This document shows positions 28,548-42,920 of a stretch of DNA of 64,000 bases, in pieces. Numbering within the stretch: position 1 is the stretch's first letter; the number at the start of each line of letters is the position of its first letter. The notes under the pieces were generated by a model. The model worked only from the letters and a program-made list of their open reading frames with translations, was not told the DNA's origin and searched no databases. The translations under genes and the position numbers were made by a program. The stretch lies in assembly GCF_009914755.1 (NCBI RefSeq), contig NC_060947.1. The stretch is one strand, 5' to 3'. This DNA is from the human T2T-CHM13v2.0 reference genome, Homo sapiens.

Positions 28548-29641
28548 TATTTTTCAAAGTTTTAAATGATTATGCTATATCCTTTGCATTCTAATATGAA
28601 CTTTAGAATCGGCTTGTCAATTTCTGCAAAATAACCTGCTGGAATTTTCATTGAGATTATGTTGAATCTACAGGTTGATGTGGAAAGAACAGAAATCATA
28701 ACTTTTCTGAGTCTTTACCCCATAACATGATACATGGCTTCATTTTTTAGTCGTCTTTAATTTCTCTCAGCAATATTTTGTAGTTTTCAAGGTCTTTCAA
28801 GTCTCACCCATCTTTTGTTAGATTTATCACTAAGTATTTCATATTTGTGAGGCTGTTTTAAATGGAATTTCTTTTTTTAAATTTCAATTTTCAATTGTTA
28901 CTAATATATTGAAATGAAATTGGCTTTTGTATTGTGATCTTATTCTATGTCAGATGTTTCAGTCTTTGCTTTATGGTTGTTTTTTTAAAATTGTTTGGTC
29001 TAAAAAGAAAAATCCCTCCTACTCTGGGATCATATGTATGTTTTCTGTTAATGTGGTTCTGTTAACAGATATTCTGTAGTTGAGCCATCCTTGTATTATA
29101 AGAATAAAGGCTATTTTGATGTGTTTAATAAAACACTGATGGATTACATTTTCTCATATTAAAAAAAATTTTTGTGTCTATATTCATGGGTGATATTCTC
29201 TCACTCTAGATTTTTTAATGTTGTATGTATTTGGTATCAAGATCATACACTCTACATAAAATGTCTTTTTTCTATTTTCTGAAGTAGTTTATATGAGAAT
29301 GAGATTATTAGTTCCTGGAACTTCTGTTAAAGTAAGCTATAGAACTGTGGGAGGCTGGTGCCATTTTGGGGCAGAAATGCAAGTTGACGGACATTTTCAA
29401 TGACTTATTAAATGTCTTCTGCTTTTAAATTTTTGGTTTATTCAGGTTTTCCGCTACTTCTTTATGTAAGTTTTCAAATTATTGGCATGAAGACATTTAC
29501 ACAATTTTCTTATGTTTAAAAAAGTCTCTACTGTATTTATGGTATATTTGTTTATGGGGCCCCACACTCTTTTTTCCTTCATCAACCTTAACTACAGATT
29601 GGTCTTTTAAATTATTTTTTACAAGTAAAACTCCTCCTGAT

Positions 29642-29832
29642 TAAGGGCTGGCAAACTTTTCCTGTAGAGGACCAGATAGTCAATATTTTAGGCTTTGAAG
29701 ACCACATACTGTCTCTGTCACACATATATTGTTTTTCTTTATTTTTTTTAACAACCTTTTAAAAATGGGGGAAAAGGCACTTTTTTTATTCACAGATGTT
29801 TCAAAATTAGGCTGCGAGTTGTTCTTTGCTGA
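29642..29832. mobile_element. MER58B-like (orientation A)
   Basis: agggctggcaaacttttcctgtagagggaccagatagtcaatattttaggctttg. Confidence 0.75.
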
Positions 29833-29985
29833 CAGCTGTTCTTGTTTGTTTCCTGTTTTTCTTTCATTTACTTTTCTTCCTTTATTTCTTTCCTCTGCTT
29901 TCACTGGGTTTATCCTGTTGTGCTTTTTCTAGCTTTATTTGAAAGCTAATTTTTTACTTTTAGTATTACCTTTTTTGGGGGTGGG

Positions 29986-30102
29986 GGGACAGGGTCTTGC
30001 CGTGTTGCCCAGGCTGGTCTTGAACTCCTGGACTCAAGCAATCCTCCTGCCTCGGCCTCCCAAAGCGTTGGGACTACAGGTGTGAGCTACCATGCCCAGC
30101 CT
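29986..30102 (-). mobile_element. FLAM_C / Alu monomer
   Basis: gacagggtcttgccgtgttgcccagg...catgcccagcc. Confidence 0.88.
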
Positions 30103-31589
30103 CTTTTTCAAAAGAATTAAAGCCTGTAAGTTTGCCTTCAGATACTTTTTTGCTGCTTACTACTTATGATATATTATAGTTCTTTTACTGTGGTTTACTT
30201 CTACATTTAAAAAATATTACTGTGAAGATATATTTATATATGAATAGATTTTAGTGTCAAAAAACTATAGAAACTATTATTTTATTGTTGATAATATCTA
30301 ATGAGATACAGTGTGTGGTCTTAGAGGCAGGGTTCTATGGTATTCAGTTTTTGAAATTTGCTGAAATACTTGCTTTCAACCAAGTGCATGATTATTATTT
30401 TAAAAATGCCCCATGTGTAGGTTTTCCTATATACTTTCCTATCTTTTGAGTTCAAACTCAGTCGGCATTTGTCAAACTTTAATGTCACTCAGACGTAAAA
30501 GAATGCGTTTTATGGCATTCCCAAGGTGGTGACCAAAACTCAGTTTCCAAATTTCCACTGCAGCTGAGTTTTCTTTCTAATTTCAATATCTATATTTTTC
30601 CCTCCAAAACTGCTAATTTGTTGCTTTCCTATCTATTTTTTTATTTCATTTCCTTCTTTTGTGGCTTCACTTTTTTTGCTCTTTTGAAAGAGAAGTTATT
30701 CCTTCATTTCTTTCTTTGAACATCTTAAGACTACTTCTTTTAAAGTCTTTTTCTTATTTTCCTATAAAATTAATTTTATCTGGGGTAAGATAATGTTGTC
30801 TGCTGATTTTGCTGGCTGTATGTTTAGAAATTTAAGATTTCTTTATATACTTTGAAATTAAACTTAGAGTTTCAGTTTTAAAGGGAAGTAATTTATAATT
30901 CTTTCCTCTCTCACCCTCCTTGCTCAGCCTACCCTGCTCTGATAGTTTTCCAGTTGCCTTCACCTGGCCCTTGAGGTCATTATTCAGGAATCCCATCCTT
31001 ATCTCTGTGCTCCTGTTCTGTGTGGGTATCAGAAACAGTGTGAACACAGGCTTCAAGCTAACAATGTGACTTTGCTAAAAGCTATGATATGAGGGAAAGG
31101 TTGGCAATAATTTTTGACTGAAGCATGAAGCCTTCTATAGCCCATGGCATTAAATAATGAGCCTGATTTCCATTCCCCATCCCATCTGGAGCACTTCTAG
31201 GTCCTTTCCCCAAAGCTTCAAGAACTATTTATCCACAGGAGCTAAAGCCAAAGCTACTTTGGCCTCTTCCAGACCAAATCCCAGTAGCCTGTATCCTCAG
31301 CCACAGTCATGGCTTTTCAGTTTTGTCTCATTTCTGGCCTGTGGAGATGTTTATCTTGTTTTTGGTTCAGCTATATGTCTTTGCTTTTGCATTTTATTAA
31401 GTTCTTTATTACTGACATGTATTTGGGGTAGAACGAGTGCACCGAAGCATAAACTCCATGCATCACTATGGCTGGAACTTGGGGACACCTGCACTACTCT
31501 GATCTAGCTCATGAGAGAAACCCTGGTGGTGGGAAGTCCAAGCTAAGTAAGAGAAGGGAAGGCAAGCTAGCCAGGAAGTTGTGGTGGAG

Positions 31590-32075
31590 TGCCCTTGCAG
31601 GCTGAATAAGGGCTCTCAATGCTGCCCACATCCTAATCTCAGGAATCTTTGAATATGTTACTCACATGGCAAAAGGGACTTTACAGACATGATTAAGGAT
31701 CACGAGATGGGGATGTTACCCTGAATTATCCAGGTAATCCCAATGTAGTCACAAGGGTCGTTATAAGAGAAAGGCAGGAAGGCCTGTGTCAGAGAAGACG
31801 TGAGGATGGGAAGAGAGGTCAGATTGATGCAAAGAGACCATGAGCCAAAGAATGCAGGCTACCTGTAAGAGCTAGAAAAGGCAAGAAAAAATGGATTTTC
31901 CCCTAAAGCTTCCAGAAAGAAACAGCACTGCCAAAACCTTGACTGTCGATTTTGTTTAACCCAGTGAGATCGATTTTTGGATTTCCGAATTTCAGCACAC
32001 TGAGATAATAAATCTATGTTGTCTCAAGCCACCAAGTTTAAGGTAATTTGTTATTGCAGCAATAAGAAACTAGTA
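31590..32075 (+). mobile_element. MLT1D-like MaLR LTR
   Basis: gaatatgttactcacatggcaaaagggacttt; end ggtaatttgttattgcagcaataagaaacta. Confidence 0.88.
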
Positions 32076-32154
32076 AGAGTAAGGTGCAAAACCTCAATTA
32101 GAGAGGAAGAGGAAGTGCTTTTTCAAAAAAATTATTTATTTATTTATTTTTTAC

Positions 32155-32390
32155 TTTGAGATCTATTGCATGGCATGGTGAAAACAGCAAATAAATAATA
32201 ACGTATTATACAGTTCAAAATCACTAAGCAAGTAAATTTCAAATGTTCTCACCACAAGAAAAGGCTTTGAGATGATGGATATGTTAATTAGCTTGATTTA
32301 GTTATTCCATATTTCATCCATAAATTATAACATCACTTTGCACTCCATAAATATAAATGTTTGTCAATTTAAAATTAAAAATGAAAATAA
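32155..32390 (+). mobile_element. L1MA 3' terminal fragment
   Basis: aaatgttctcaccaca...gatggatatgttaattagcttgatttag. Confidence 0.8.
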
Positions 32391-33014
32391 ACTAATATGT
32401 GTACTGAGAGCTAATCTCTGCATGCAACCATGTAAAGATAGCAAATTACCTTCTGTATGCATATGAATAATTAATTGTGACTGTACTTCAGGTGGCCATG
32501 TGTCTGAGAACCTGGAATACTTCCAGAATTAAGAGATGTGCACCTATGATGCACGATGATGATGGAAGATGAAATATATCCTGTAAGGATTCCAGATGGA
32601 CACTCAGTGCTCTTCTAAATTGGACAATTCGTATGTGGGGAAAAGTAGCTTTTCGGCACATGTGAGTCCTTGGCCAGGGAATAATTTCATGTTAATCTGT
32701 TAATCTACTATACCAGCATCAATAACTATTTGATTTCACTATTTTTTAGATCATTTTAATAATTTATGTGTATAAATATTTTGTAATCTATATAGACAGA
32801 GTAATCTAAAACATTGTACAATATTAGAAGGTACCTGTTAAATTTTGTGGAAAACACAGAAAACCACATACATTAGCCACGGTTATCTCTGTGTTTCACT
32901 TAAAACTTGCTAGTATGTTTTAATTATATATATTTTGTTTTAAAGTACAACTATGAACAATAATAATAGAAATGGATGAATTTATTGGATCATAAATAAA
33001 CGCTTCTATTTTTA

Positions 33015-33368
<354 letters not shown>

Positions 33369-34133
33369 TTATCCCTGAATGTGGCAGAGAATTGGGTAAA
33401 ATTAAAAGGATCATAAGTATTTCAATAAAAACATGACTAATTTTAAAATAGAATAAACTGATGGATTATAAAGTGACCAACAGTTTGTGAATGAATTTTG
33501 AATAAATAAGAAAGCAGCTATAAAGAATGTATGTCAATTTATCTTAAAAATATAGTTTGCTGTAAAACAATAGGAAATTAAAACATAGAAACATTAGAAC
33601 ATTAGAAAAGAAGTATTATTACTATATCCACAAAGGAGTATATGATATAGTGAAACCCCAGGGGTTTTGGGACCATGAAGTTATACCTGTATACATTTCC
33701 TCAAAAACATGGGAAAGTACTTCATAATTTCTATAAATAAAGTCAGATTCATTTTTAATTTATGTAATGCTATGCTAGTTTCTAGGATATCACAATGAAT
33801 ACAAAATAAACTCTGCCTCCACAGAACCCACCTTCTCATAGACAAGTGAGATAGAAAACAATGGCCATGATAGACAAGACCTTTATGCTACCTCCTGGCG
33901 CTGGGCAATGGAGCAGCCCTTGTATCACAGGTCTTCACAGGAGACCATAGTACAAAGAAAAGGATGGAGAAAAAACTGCCAAGCAAAGGCCTTTTAACTA
34001 AGTCTTAAAGACTTAAGAGGGAATTATAGAATGTATAGAAAAAGAGGGTTCTCAACATTTCCAAAGTCCCTGGAGTGTATTAGGATTTATTTTCTCCAGG
34101 TAGAGAATATGAAATCTTCTGCCCTAGAAATCA

Positions 34134-34244
<111 letters not shown>

Positions 34245-35835
34245 CTACAGGATAAGTACAATGGTAAGTGTTAATTTGGCCTTTGTTTTTCAGTTAAGTG
34301 CTATTTTTAATGTATACTAGGATGTTTCTAGTAATCTCTGAAAAGATATTTTAAATGTTAACTCTTTGTCCGATTACGCAAGGATTGCAAATATAGGACT
34401 TACATGGCCACTTCCTAATTTGCATCCTTGGAAAACATTATTATCCAATGACAGCAGTCTTTTCTACTAAGCCAGACTCAGCTGCAGAATCTTTAACATA
34501 ACATGTACATAGCCATTACCAATTAGTTGGAAAATGATGTGTCATGTGAAATATATTTGCAATTCCTACTTTTATATTTTTAAAAAGTATCAAATTTGCC
34601 CTGTTAAACATAAAAAAAGTAAGTTAAAAAAAATCAATATTATTCTTTTATGGAGGACAGATTACTATCAATCTCTTTTAGACAAATTTTCCGTAAGCAA
34701 TGTAGCAAGCCTGTATCACATTTGACATTTCTCTTAAATACAAACATCAATTTTGTATCTAATCACTATAAAACATAAAAAGCACAAAAAGATGGTTCAA
34801 TAGTTTATTAATCTTATGACATAATTTAAAATTATACTCCTAGTATACTTCTGAAAGATCAAGGTTCTACAACGAAAGCATAACATTCATGTGGAAAGGT
34901 GGATCATTAGAGTGGCTTGTATTTGAAGTTTTTGTGACTTGCATTCAAGGGAGGCTTACAATTAGCTCATTCTTGGCAACTAGGCCTGGGAAATACTCTG
35001 CACATGCTATTTCCTCCATCTCATGGCAATTCTGAAATGCTTATTCACAAACAGAAACCCAGAAACCACAGCTGTGAGAGATGGAGATAGCAGGCATGAG
35101 GTTTATTATTTTAACACAGCCACAGGAGAAGTTGCAATGTTACAAAGAATGACAATGGCATTGATTATTCTAGCATATCTCAGGGAGGAGACATGGCCCA
35201 GTCCCTAGCCTTTTTGATTTGGAAGGCTTTAATTGGAGTAATTTCATTCTCTATGAATGAGATAAACTGGAAGTAGGGTCATGAGTTCAAGATAAAAATC
35301 CACTGATGGCTGTTCACAGAAACCATGTCCTGTTTCCAGAGGCCCAGGATTCCTTGAATTTTATTCCTGATCATTGTTCAGACATAACATAGAGACTACT
35401 CAAGACATCTTATTGAGAAGATGATAGTCATTGGCCATTTGCAGTAAACCATGAGATTATGTCCTACATCAGTTTAGCAGACAGAGTTATTTGCTAAGTA
35501 TTTGTTTAATGAACAAAGAGAAAAATTAAAAATGCATTGACTGAGAAGTACAAATGTGGAACTCAGGCTAATATTTCAAGGAGGATAATCATTAGGCTTC
35601 ATTTCTCTTATTGTTATTTTTATGTCATCATTTCTAGCTCCCCTTGAGGTTTCTCAAATAAATTTAGCTATTGACATATTTACTTGAAACTTACACTCAG
35701 TAAATTTCTTCTGTTTCCTTTTGACCTCAAACTGAATTTAATAACTGACTACAACTGAGTTATGAAAAGGATGGGACCATATTGATAACATGAGCACATT
35801 ATGATGGAGGAAGTAAAATTTCTAGAAAGTAGCAC

Positions 35836-36286
35836 TGACGAAGCTTCTTTGCTCGACCAAACTTTAGTGTTGAACTTTCTCCTGGGCCCTTCTGCGCACT
35901 TTCTTGTAAACCAGTTTTAGCAAGAACCCTGCTGAGTTGGTTTAGCCAGAATCCTCCATCTCCATATCTGATCACTCTCAGTATCTGATTGGGTTCTTCA
36001 TCCTTCACCATGCCCCAGAGGATGTCTGATCAACTTGGCCTACCTTCAGCAAGAATCCTTTTAGGTCAGTTTAACCAGAATCTCCCTTACCCCTGATGTT
36101 TCCTCTTAGTAATTTTCCATCCACTTATCATCACCCTGCTCCTTGGCTGTAAATCCCCACTGGTCCACGTGACATTGGGAGTTGAGTCCCATTCTATACT
36201 GAGGTCTCTTTCCCCTTATTACAATAGTCCTGAATAAAATGTTTTTACAGCTTTAACTACTGTCCAGCTCTAGTTTTTCTTTGACA
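35836..36286 (+). mobile_element. MER31-like (ERV1) solo LTR
   Basis: TG...CA ends; gaccaaactttagt; cagttttagcaagaaccctgct; AATAAA near the 3' end. Confidence 0.8.
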
Positions 36287-36361
36287 GACCCCACACTTGA
36301 AAAGTATCTACTAGAATAAACCCGAAGAGCTAAGTTGTACTTGAGAATACGAGTTAAATCT

Positions 36362-36490
36362 GATAGAATGTAAGCTCCATATGGGCAGGGATCTTCAGCT
36401 GTTGTATTAAATAAGGTATCTATTCCAAGCACCTGGTGCCATGTCTGGCACAAAATAGGCATTCAAAAAATATTTGTTGAATAAATAAAT
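36362..36490 (+). mobile_element. L2 3' end
   Basis: agaatgtaagctccat...ggcacaaaataggcattcaaaaaatatttgttgaataaat. Confidence 0.85.
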
Positions 36491-36660
36491 AGGGAAAATG
36501 ACCTTCCAAGAAGAGACAGGGCAAAAATGTAATGGAGCAAGTAGTTATCACTAGTAATCACTCAACATGCAGGTAATGGATTGGTTTCCAAGGACTGTGT
36601 AGACACAAAATTATGACCTAAGGATTGTTTTATTTGAGGGGGAGGGAGGAAGGGAGTTGA

Positions 36661-36966
36661 TTTTTTTTGAGACAGGGTCTTGCTCTTGCTCTATCACTCA
36701 GGCTGGAGTGCACTGGTGCCATAACGGCTCACTGCATCCTCGACCTCTCAGGCTCAAGCAATCCTCCCCCTTCAGTCTCCTGAGTAGCTGGGACTACAGG
36801 CATATGCCATGACTCCCGGCTAAATTTTTTTAAAATGTATTTTTTTGTAGAGACGAGGTCTTGCTATGTTGCCCAGGCTAGTCTCAAACTCCCGGGCTCA
36901 AGTGGTCCTCCTACCTTGGCCTCTTAAAACTGCTGGGATTACAAGAGTGTGCCACTGCACCTGGCC
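36661..36966 (-). mobile_element. AluJ
   Basis: Full antisense Alu; possible TSD ttgattttttt. Confidence 0.93.
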
Positions 36967-36974
36967 AGGAATTG

Positions 36975-38300
36975 ATTTTTTAAAACTGCCTTATTGGAAT
37001 ATATTTCACATATCATAAAATTTGTCCATTTAAAATGTGCAGTTTTGTGGGTTTTCGTGTATTCACAGATGATTTCATGTGCAATCGTCATCACAATCTA
37101 AGCCTAGAACATTTTCAGTGCCCAGAAAAGAAACCCATAATGTGTGCAGTCACTCCACATTTTCCCTACCTGCCCTAGCTCCAGCCCGAGGCAACCACTA
37201 GTCTACTTTCTGTCTCTTTATGGATTTGCCTGTTCTGGACGTTTCATATAAATGGAATCAAATAATACATAATCTTTTGTTTGGCTTCTTTCACTTAGCA
37301 TAATGTTTTCAAGGTTCATCTGTGTGGTAGCATTTATCAGTACTTCATTCCTTTCTATGCCAAATAATATTTCATTGTATGAACAGGCCACTTTTTATCT
37401 CTTCTTTAATAGATGCACACTGATGTTTCTAGTTTTTGTTCACTATAAATAATATTGATATGAACATTCATGTACAAGTTTTTGTGTGCCCATATATATT
37501 CATTTTTCTTTGATATAGGGGTGGAATTGCTGGGTCACATAACTGTGTTTAATGTTTTAAGGAACTGCCAAGCTATTGTTCAAAGTGGCTGCATTATTTT
37601 ATATTCCCATCAGAAATACATGAGGGTTCCAATTTCTCCACATCCTTGTTAATGCTTGTTATCGTATGTCTTTTTAATTTTATTTTATTTTTAGTGGGTG
37701 TGAAGTGGTATTTCATTGTGGTTTTGACTTACATTTTCCTGATGGCTAATGATGTTGACCATCTTTTTCGTGAACTTACTGGACATCTGTGTATCTATGT
37801 TGGAGATATGACTATTCGGATCTTTTGCTCCTTTTGTAATTGGGTCATTGTCTTTTAATTAATAGAATGTATTATTTCTTTACATATTCAGAATACAAGT
37901 CCCTTATCAAATATGTGATTTGCAAATATTGCCTCCTGTTTTGTGGGTTATCTTTGCATTTTCTTTATGATACCCTTTAAAGCACAAAACATTTTTAAAT
38001 TTTAATGAAGTTAATTTATCTACTTTTCTATTGTTACTTGTGCTTTTGTTGTCGTACCTAAGAAACCATTGCCTATCCCAAGGTCATGGAGACTTACTGT
38101 TCTGTTTTCCTCTATAAGTTTTATATTTTATATTTAGGTCTATGAGCCATTTTGAGGTCAGTTTTGTGTATGGTGTGAGGGTAGGCTTCTAACTTTATAT
38201 GGATAGCCAGTTGTCTCAGCACAATTTTTTGAAAGACTATTCTTTCTTTCACTGAAGTGTCTGAGAACCTTTGTCAAAAATCAATTGACCACATTGTGAG
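36975..38300 (-). mobile_element. L1MB fragment
   Basis: ggcaaccactagtctactttctgtctc; ggaactgccaagctattgttcaaagtggctgc; aaaaatcaattgacc. Confidence 0.88.
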
Positions 38301-39580
38301 GTCCTCAAGTTTTAATGTTGTCACTAACATATTCCACACTTCAAGCTCTTCTGGCTTTGACTAAGTCCAGTGAGAACCCACTGCTAATTCTAGAGTACGG
38401 GCTGTGAAATGAAATGTGGTGTGTAATATACCCACATGGTGACATTAGGAAAATCTTAGGCTATCTCCATTTATGAGTTTTCCTATTTTGTAAAATGAGC
38501 TGAATAATATCTGCTCTCTTAGCCGTGTGGAATTATTGTGGTGAATACATGAAATAATATATGAAGAAACACCTAAACTTATGAAGCCATTGACAAATCT
38601 GAGGTACTGTTGTCTGCATTGAGAAGGGATTTTGTAAACAGATTATGATTTAGTTTAGGGTCCATTCACTCTCACAATCATTGGGAGTTGAGTTACTGCA
38701 TGGTAGAAAAAGTATCCCAGTTGCCATTGTAATATGGGGCTCAATTTAATCCAAATTTTGACTATTTGATTTACAGAATGGATATGTTTGCTTTACCAAA
38801 AAAGTGGGCTGAAATCTTCCTTGTTGAGGCAAATGTGTTTTGAGAAAACTGGTATCACAATCACCATCACCCCAATATGTAAATTCCTAGAAATTTGGGA
38901 ACAGGATCTATTCATTTTAGGCCAAGTATTTTTCCTAGATCTTTCAGAGAATACAGATTTAGCTTTCCTTTTGAAACCAGGGAAGTTGAATCTTGTTTTC
39001 TACTTTGATGAATTTCCAAATTCTTGTAACTCTAGTATTCTTATATTCCAAAAGATACAATAAAACAAGTTAAATACTATTCTATATTTCAGAATTTTTT
39101 CTACTACAAAGAAGTTTTCCACAGTTTTGCTGTTTCATGTGTCACTTAAACAAAGAATTAACGATTTGATTGGACTTTCTCATTAATTTCTATTAGTTCA
39201 AATATGGCAGGGTTTATTGGTTACTTGCAGTTATGTTCTGGTGTTTCTAGTTCCCAGGTTTGGTTTGGAAGCTAGCAGCTCCTGGTTATGATTTTTGCTT
39301 TCATTTCTGATTCACATCTTTTGATTCAGAAATCATTGTGGCTGATGGAAGTGCTCTGAGGAGGGCCAATCTAAGGATGCAGAAAACAAGTTCAAACTCT
39401 TCTTTCCACTTTTGTGCCATCAGTCTCCTCCTTGGCCCCTAAACTAACGGCAAGAGTGAGATGAAGATAATTAGGAATGATGTCCAGTGGTGGGTAATTA
39501 CTGTCTCCTGCCTTTGGACCACACTGGAAATGGGGCACTTGACTTCTCAGGATGAAATACAGCTTAAAATTAGGCCTTCC

Positions 39581-39818
39581 TGGCCGGGCGCGGTGGCTCA
39601 CGCCTGTAATCCCAGCACTTTGGGAGGCCGAGGCAGGCGGGTCACGAGGTCAGGAGATTGAAACCATCCTGGCCAACATGATGAAACCCTGTCTCTACTA
39701 AAAATACAGAAATTAGCTGGGTGTGGTGGCGCATGCCTATAATCCCAGCTAATCGGGAGGCAGAGGCAGGAGAATCGCTTGAACCCAGGAGTCGGAGGTT
39801 ACAGTGAGCCGAGATCTC
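39581..39818 (+). mobile_element. AluS (Sc/Sg-like), 3'-truncated, no A tail
   Basis: ggccgggcgcggtggctcacg...gagccgagatc, then unrelated sequence. Confidence 0.93.
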
Positions 39819-39959
39819 AGGCTAGGCTCCTCAATACTATGGTTTTTTCTCACCTCAAGTACACTCATGAGCAAATATCACATTAGCCCACCAGTATGAG
39901 AAACTCAGTCACTTTCACCTCATCTCATTTTTGACCTCACCCATCTGCTCAGCACATAC

Positions 39960-40112
39960 CTTCTCTACATCTAGAGTCAGTTTTCTTTCGCGTCTTGAAA
40001 TGCATCTTCTCCCCATCAGTCTTGCCTGTAGGGAGTTGCTGACCCACTTTCTCCTATTCCTAGGGTAATACTGCTGCTTCTCTCTGCCAATGACTTTCTG
40101 ATCCTTTACAGT
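39960..40112 (-). CDS. MID1: Candidate in-frame cassette exon, 153 nt: TVKDQKVIGREKQQYYPRNRRKWVSNSLQARLMGRRCISRRERKLTLDVEK
   Basis: Acceptor atctctttcatcag|ACT; donor AAG|gtatgt; length is a multiple of 3; no stop in the phase-0 frame this intron requires. Confidence 0.7.
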
Positions 40113-42689
40113 CTGATGAAAGAGATATTACAAAATTGAATAATGATGTGAATGTAGAAGCACAACAATCATATCTGGCCTGCCTAGTCCTGAGATGGAA
40201 TTCAGCATTGAGGGTCACTCGGCTTCATTAATGCTCATATCTGCCACCAATAATCAGTTGCAGTCCCATGTAAGTTGCTACTGGGTGCACGGTTTACCTT
40301 CCCTTTCTAGAAATGCAGTTACGCGTAATCATTCCCCAGATTAGTTAATGATGACATAAATGGATTAGCTATTTTCTCGAGGGCACTTGGTTAGCAACGC
40401 CCAAAGTCTCCCTGCTAAGTTTTATGGTGTAATAGTGTTACAGTGTTTTGAGGAATGGGTGGGGTAAAGAGGACAAATATTTTTTCCTTGTCATATATGT
40501 ATAAACATTAAAGGGATTTAGTTACATACATATACTAGAAATTGGACTAGGTGTCTGTGAAATGTTCTTTAGCAGTCTGTAAGTGGTTTTTAAGTATTAT
40601 TTCTAAAACCTGGCTCTTTTAATTTGACTTGTATTCAACTGCAAAATGAGATGTTCAGTGCAGAGTATAAACATCATTAGATTTCAGACATGTGTGGGCT
40701 TAAAATCTTTAGAAATATTTGGAACTCTTAGGATGGAGCATGAGTGAAGGAAAAAAAATATCTGGCCAGTTTTCACAGGTGAAATTGATCTAGCATGCAT
40801 TTTAGAAACTCTCATTTTCTCACTTTGCAGTGCTTTATTGAAATAAGTTAGCCATCCATAGACTTTCAGAATACAGCCTTATAATTCCTCTTGTGAAAAT
40901 GACACACTGACTTGATATATCACTTCTTATTCGTACACAGACGGAAACACTGAAGTAAGCTTGGGACAGGATAACCCCAACGTGTTGGAGACAGGATATT
41001 CTATTTCTGGGTGTTGAGAAGAGGGTTGCTGCACTGCACAAATCCGGAGGCTACTATTCACTTTGAATTCCGCAAGAATGGTAGACCCCTTGAGTTGTGC
41101 CTCTCTCACCCCGGCCCACCATTACTGCACTCTTGAAATTGCACCATCAAACTGTGAACCCTTTAGTTTAAGATTCTGAACCTTGCCATCTTTGAAACCA
41201 TTACCAAGGAGTTGGGAGTTTAAAAGACAAATGTCTACTTTACAAGTTTGCCTAGATTCGGCCTCATGGCAAAAACAAAAGCTGTTTCATGCCACGGTGA
41301 ATAAATGTGACCTTCCATTCCAAGGTCACAAATTAAGGTGATCTTGAGAAAGGCTGAAACATTTTTATACATGATGCTAGGTTGATGTTCTTGTTATTGT
41401 TTAGACTCAAAAGGACTTTTCTCTATAACTAAGAATATGTAATTTTGAGTCTGCATCCAAATTCGAAGGGGTTAGTGGTACTACATAATGTGGCATAACC
41501 ATCCCATCTCACTCCAAAGGAAAAACATTGGAGGAGTTAATTCCAATTTGCCCAAGGCTGAAGTAACTGAAACAAAACAGAGCTTTATATAAGCTGATAT
41601 TTGGCCTGTGGATGAGGGTACAGGGAGAAAACTGTATGCAAGTGGGCTCTACACCCCGCTGTGTACCACTGACCAGGTGCAAAAAGAAATATGATGATAT
41701 GAGGGTGCTTTGGGTTTTATTGCCAAAGACAGCTGTGATGAACATTCCAGACTCTGGGGCAAAAGTTAGACAGAGCTGCCAGAGGAACAATGAAAGGGAT
41801 TCTAATACTTCAGTCTGTATATAAAACTGAGCCAAGGAGAATTGAGGAACAGCAGACAATATTACCGTAATTCATCTGATATGTTTATATGTAATCTTCA
41901 CTCTGAAACTCTTTCACACCAAAGTCAAATACTTGTGGACCTGGCTCAAGTGAATGAGAGAGAGAGAGAATGGCCTGGCTCCTGAGGTCTCTGTCTTTGG
42001 AGGACAAACCAGAGTACGGGACAATATTTTTAATGTTTAATGTGTTAATTTAATATTTAACATTTTTGATCAAATCTTTTTAAACTCCAAGAAAGGCTTT
42101 TCAGAAAAATTAAAAATGGAATCCTTTCATAAAGTGCTTTTGGTGGGAAGTAATAGCAGTGATATAGTGATACAACTAGAAGCTACATGTAATCCTGCTT
42201 TAGCATAGTGACGTAGTGGAAAATTATTTGGACCAGAGGAGATCAATTCTACATATTGATTATCCAGATGGGAATTTGCTATGGGACTAAAAAAATAGCT
42301 CCGAGGAACCTCATGATAAATCCTCTTTTCTTGAGGTTTCTAAGATTATGAAGCTTGAGTGCTGGACAAGGAAGCAAGACACTATCAAAAATGGCAACAC
42401 ACTGTGGTGAGTAGAGCAATTAAATTCTTTCTTATGAATGAAATACAACTGTAATAAGGCAATAAAACTGCCTAGCAAAAAATGCCATTGCTAATGCCTA
42501 AAACTTTGAAACTTCACATAAAGGAGTTTTACTTCCAATAGTAGCATACAGAACATGGCCATTCACGATGTTGTTGATGTCGCTGTTAGTTTTTCAGTAA
42601 AGCAAAATCTTCAAACAGGTAAAATAATTTAGAGGGAGCAAGGGCTAATGGAGGCAGTGGTTTGGGGTTCAGGGACTTGAGGAAGTCTT

Positions 42690-42920
42690 CCCGGGATTGA
42701 AACACCAGGTTTTTATTGCTTACTAGTTGTATGTTATTGGGCATTTACTTCAACTATCTACATCTCAAGTTCCCTACCTGCATAATGAGGAAAATAACAT
42801 TTGTTACCTGGCAGACCAGGTGCGATGCTGCTAAACATCCTACAACACATTAGACAGCCCCCACAACAGTGAAAGGTCCATCCCCAAATCCCACTAGTGT
42901 CAAGATTGAGAACCCCTGGG
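42690..42920. mobile_element. MIR fragment followed by a MER20 fragment
   Basis: gatgctgctaaacatcctacaacaca...gacagcccccacaaca...gagaacccctg. Confidence 0.7.
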
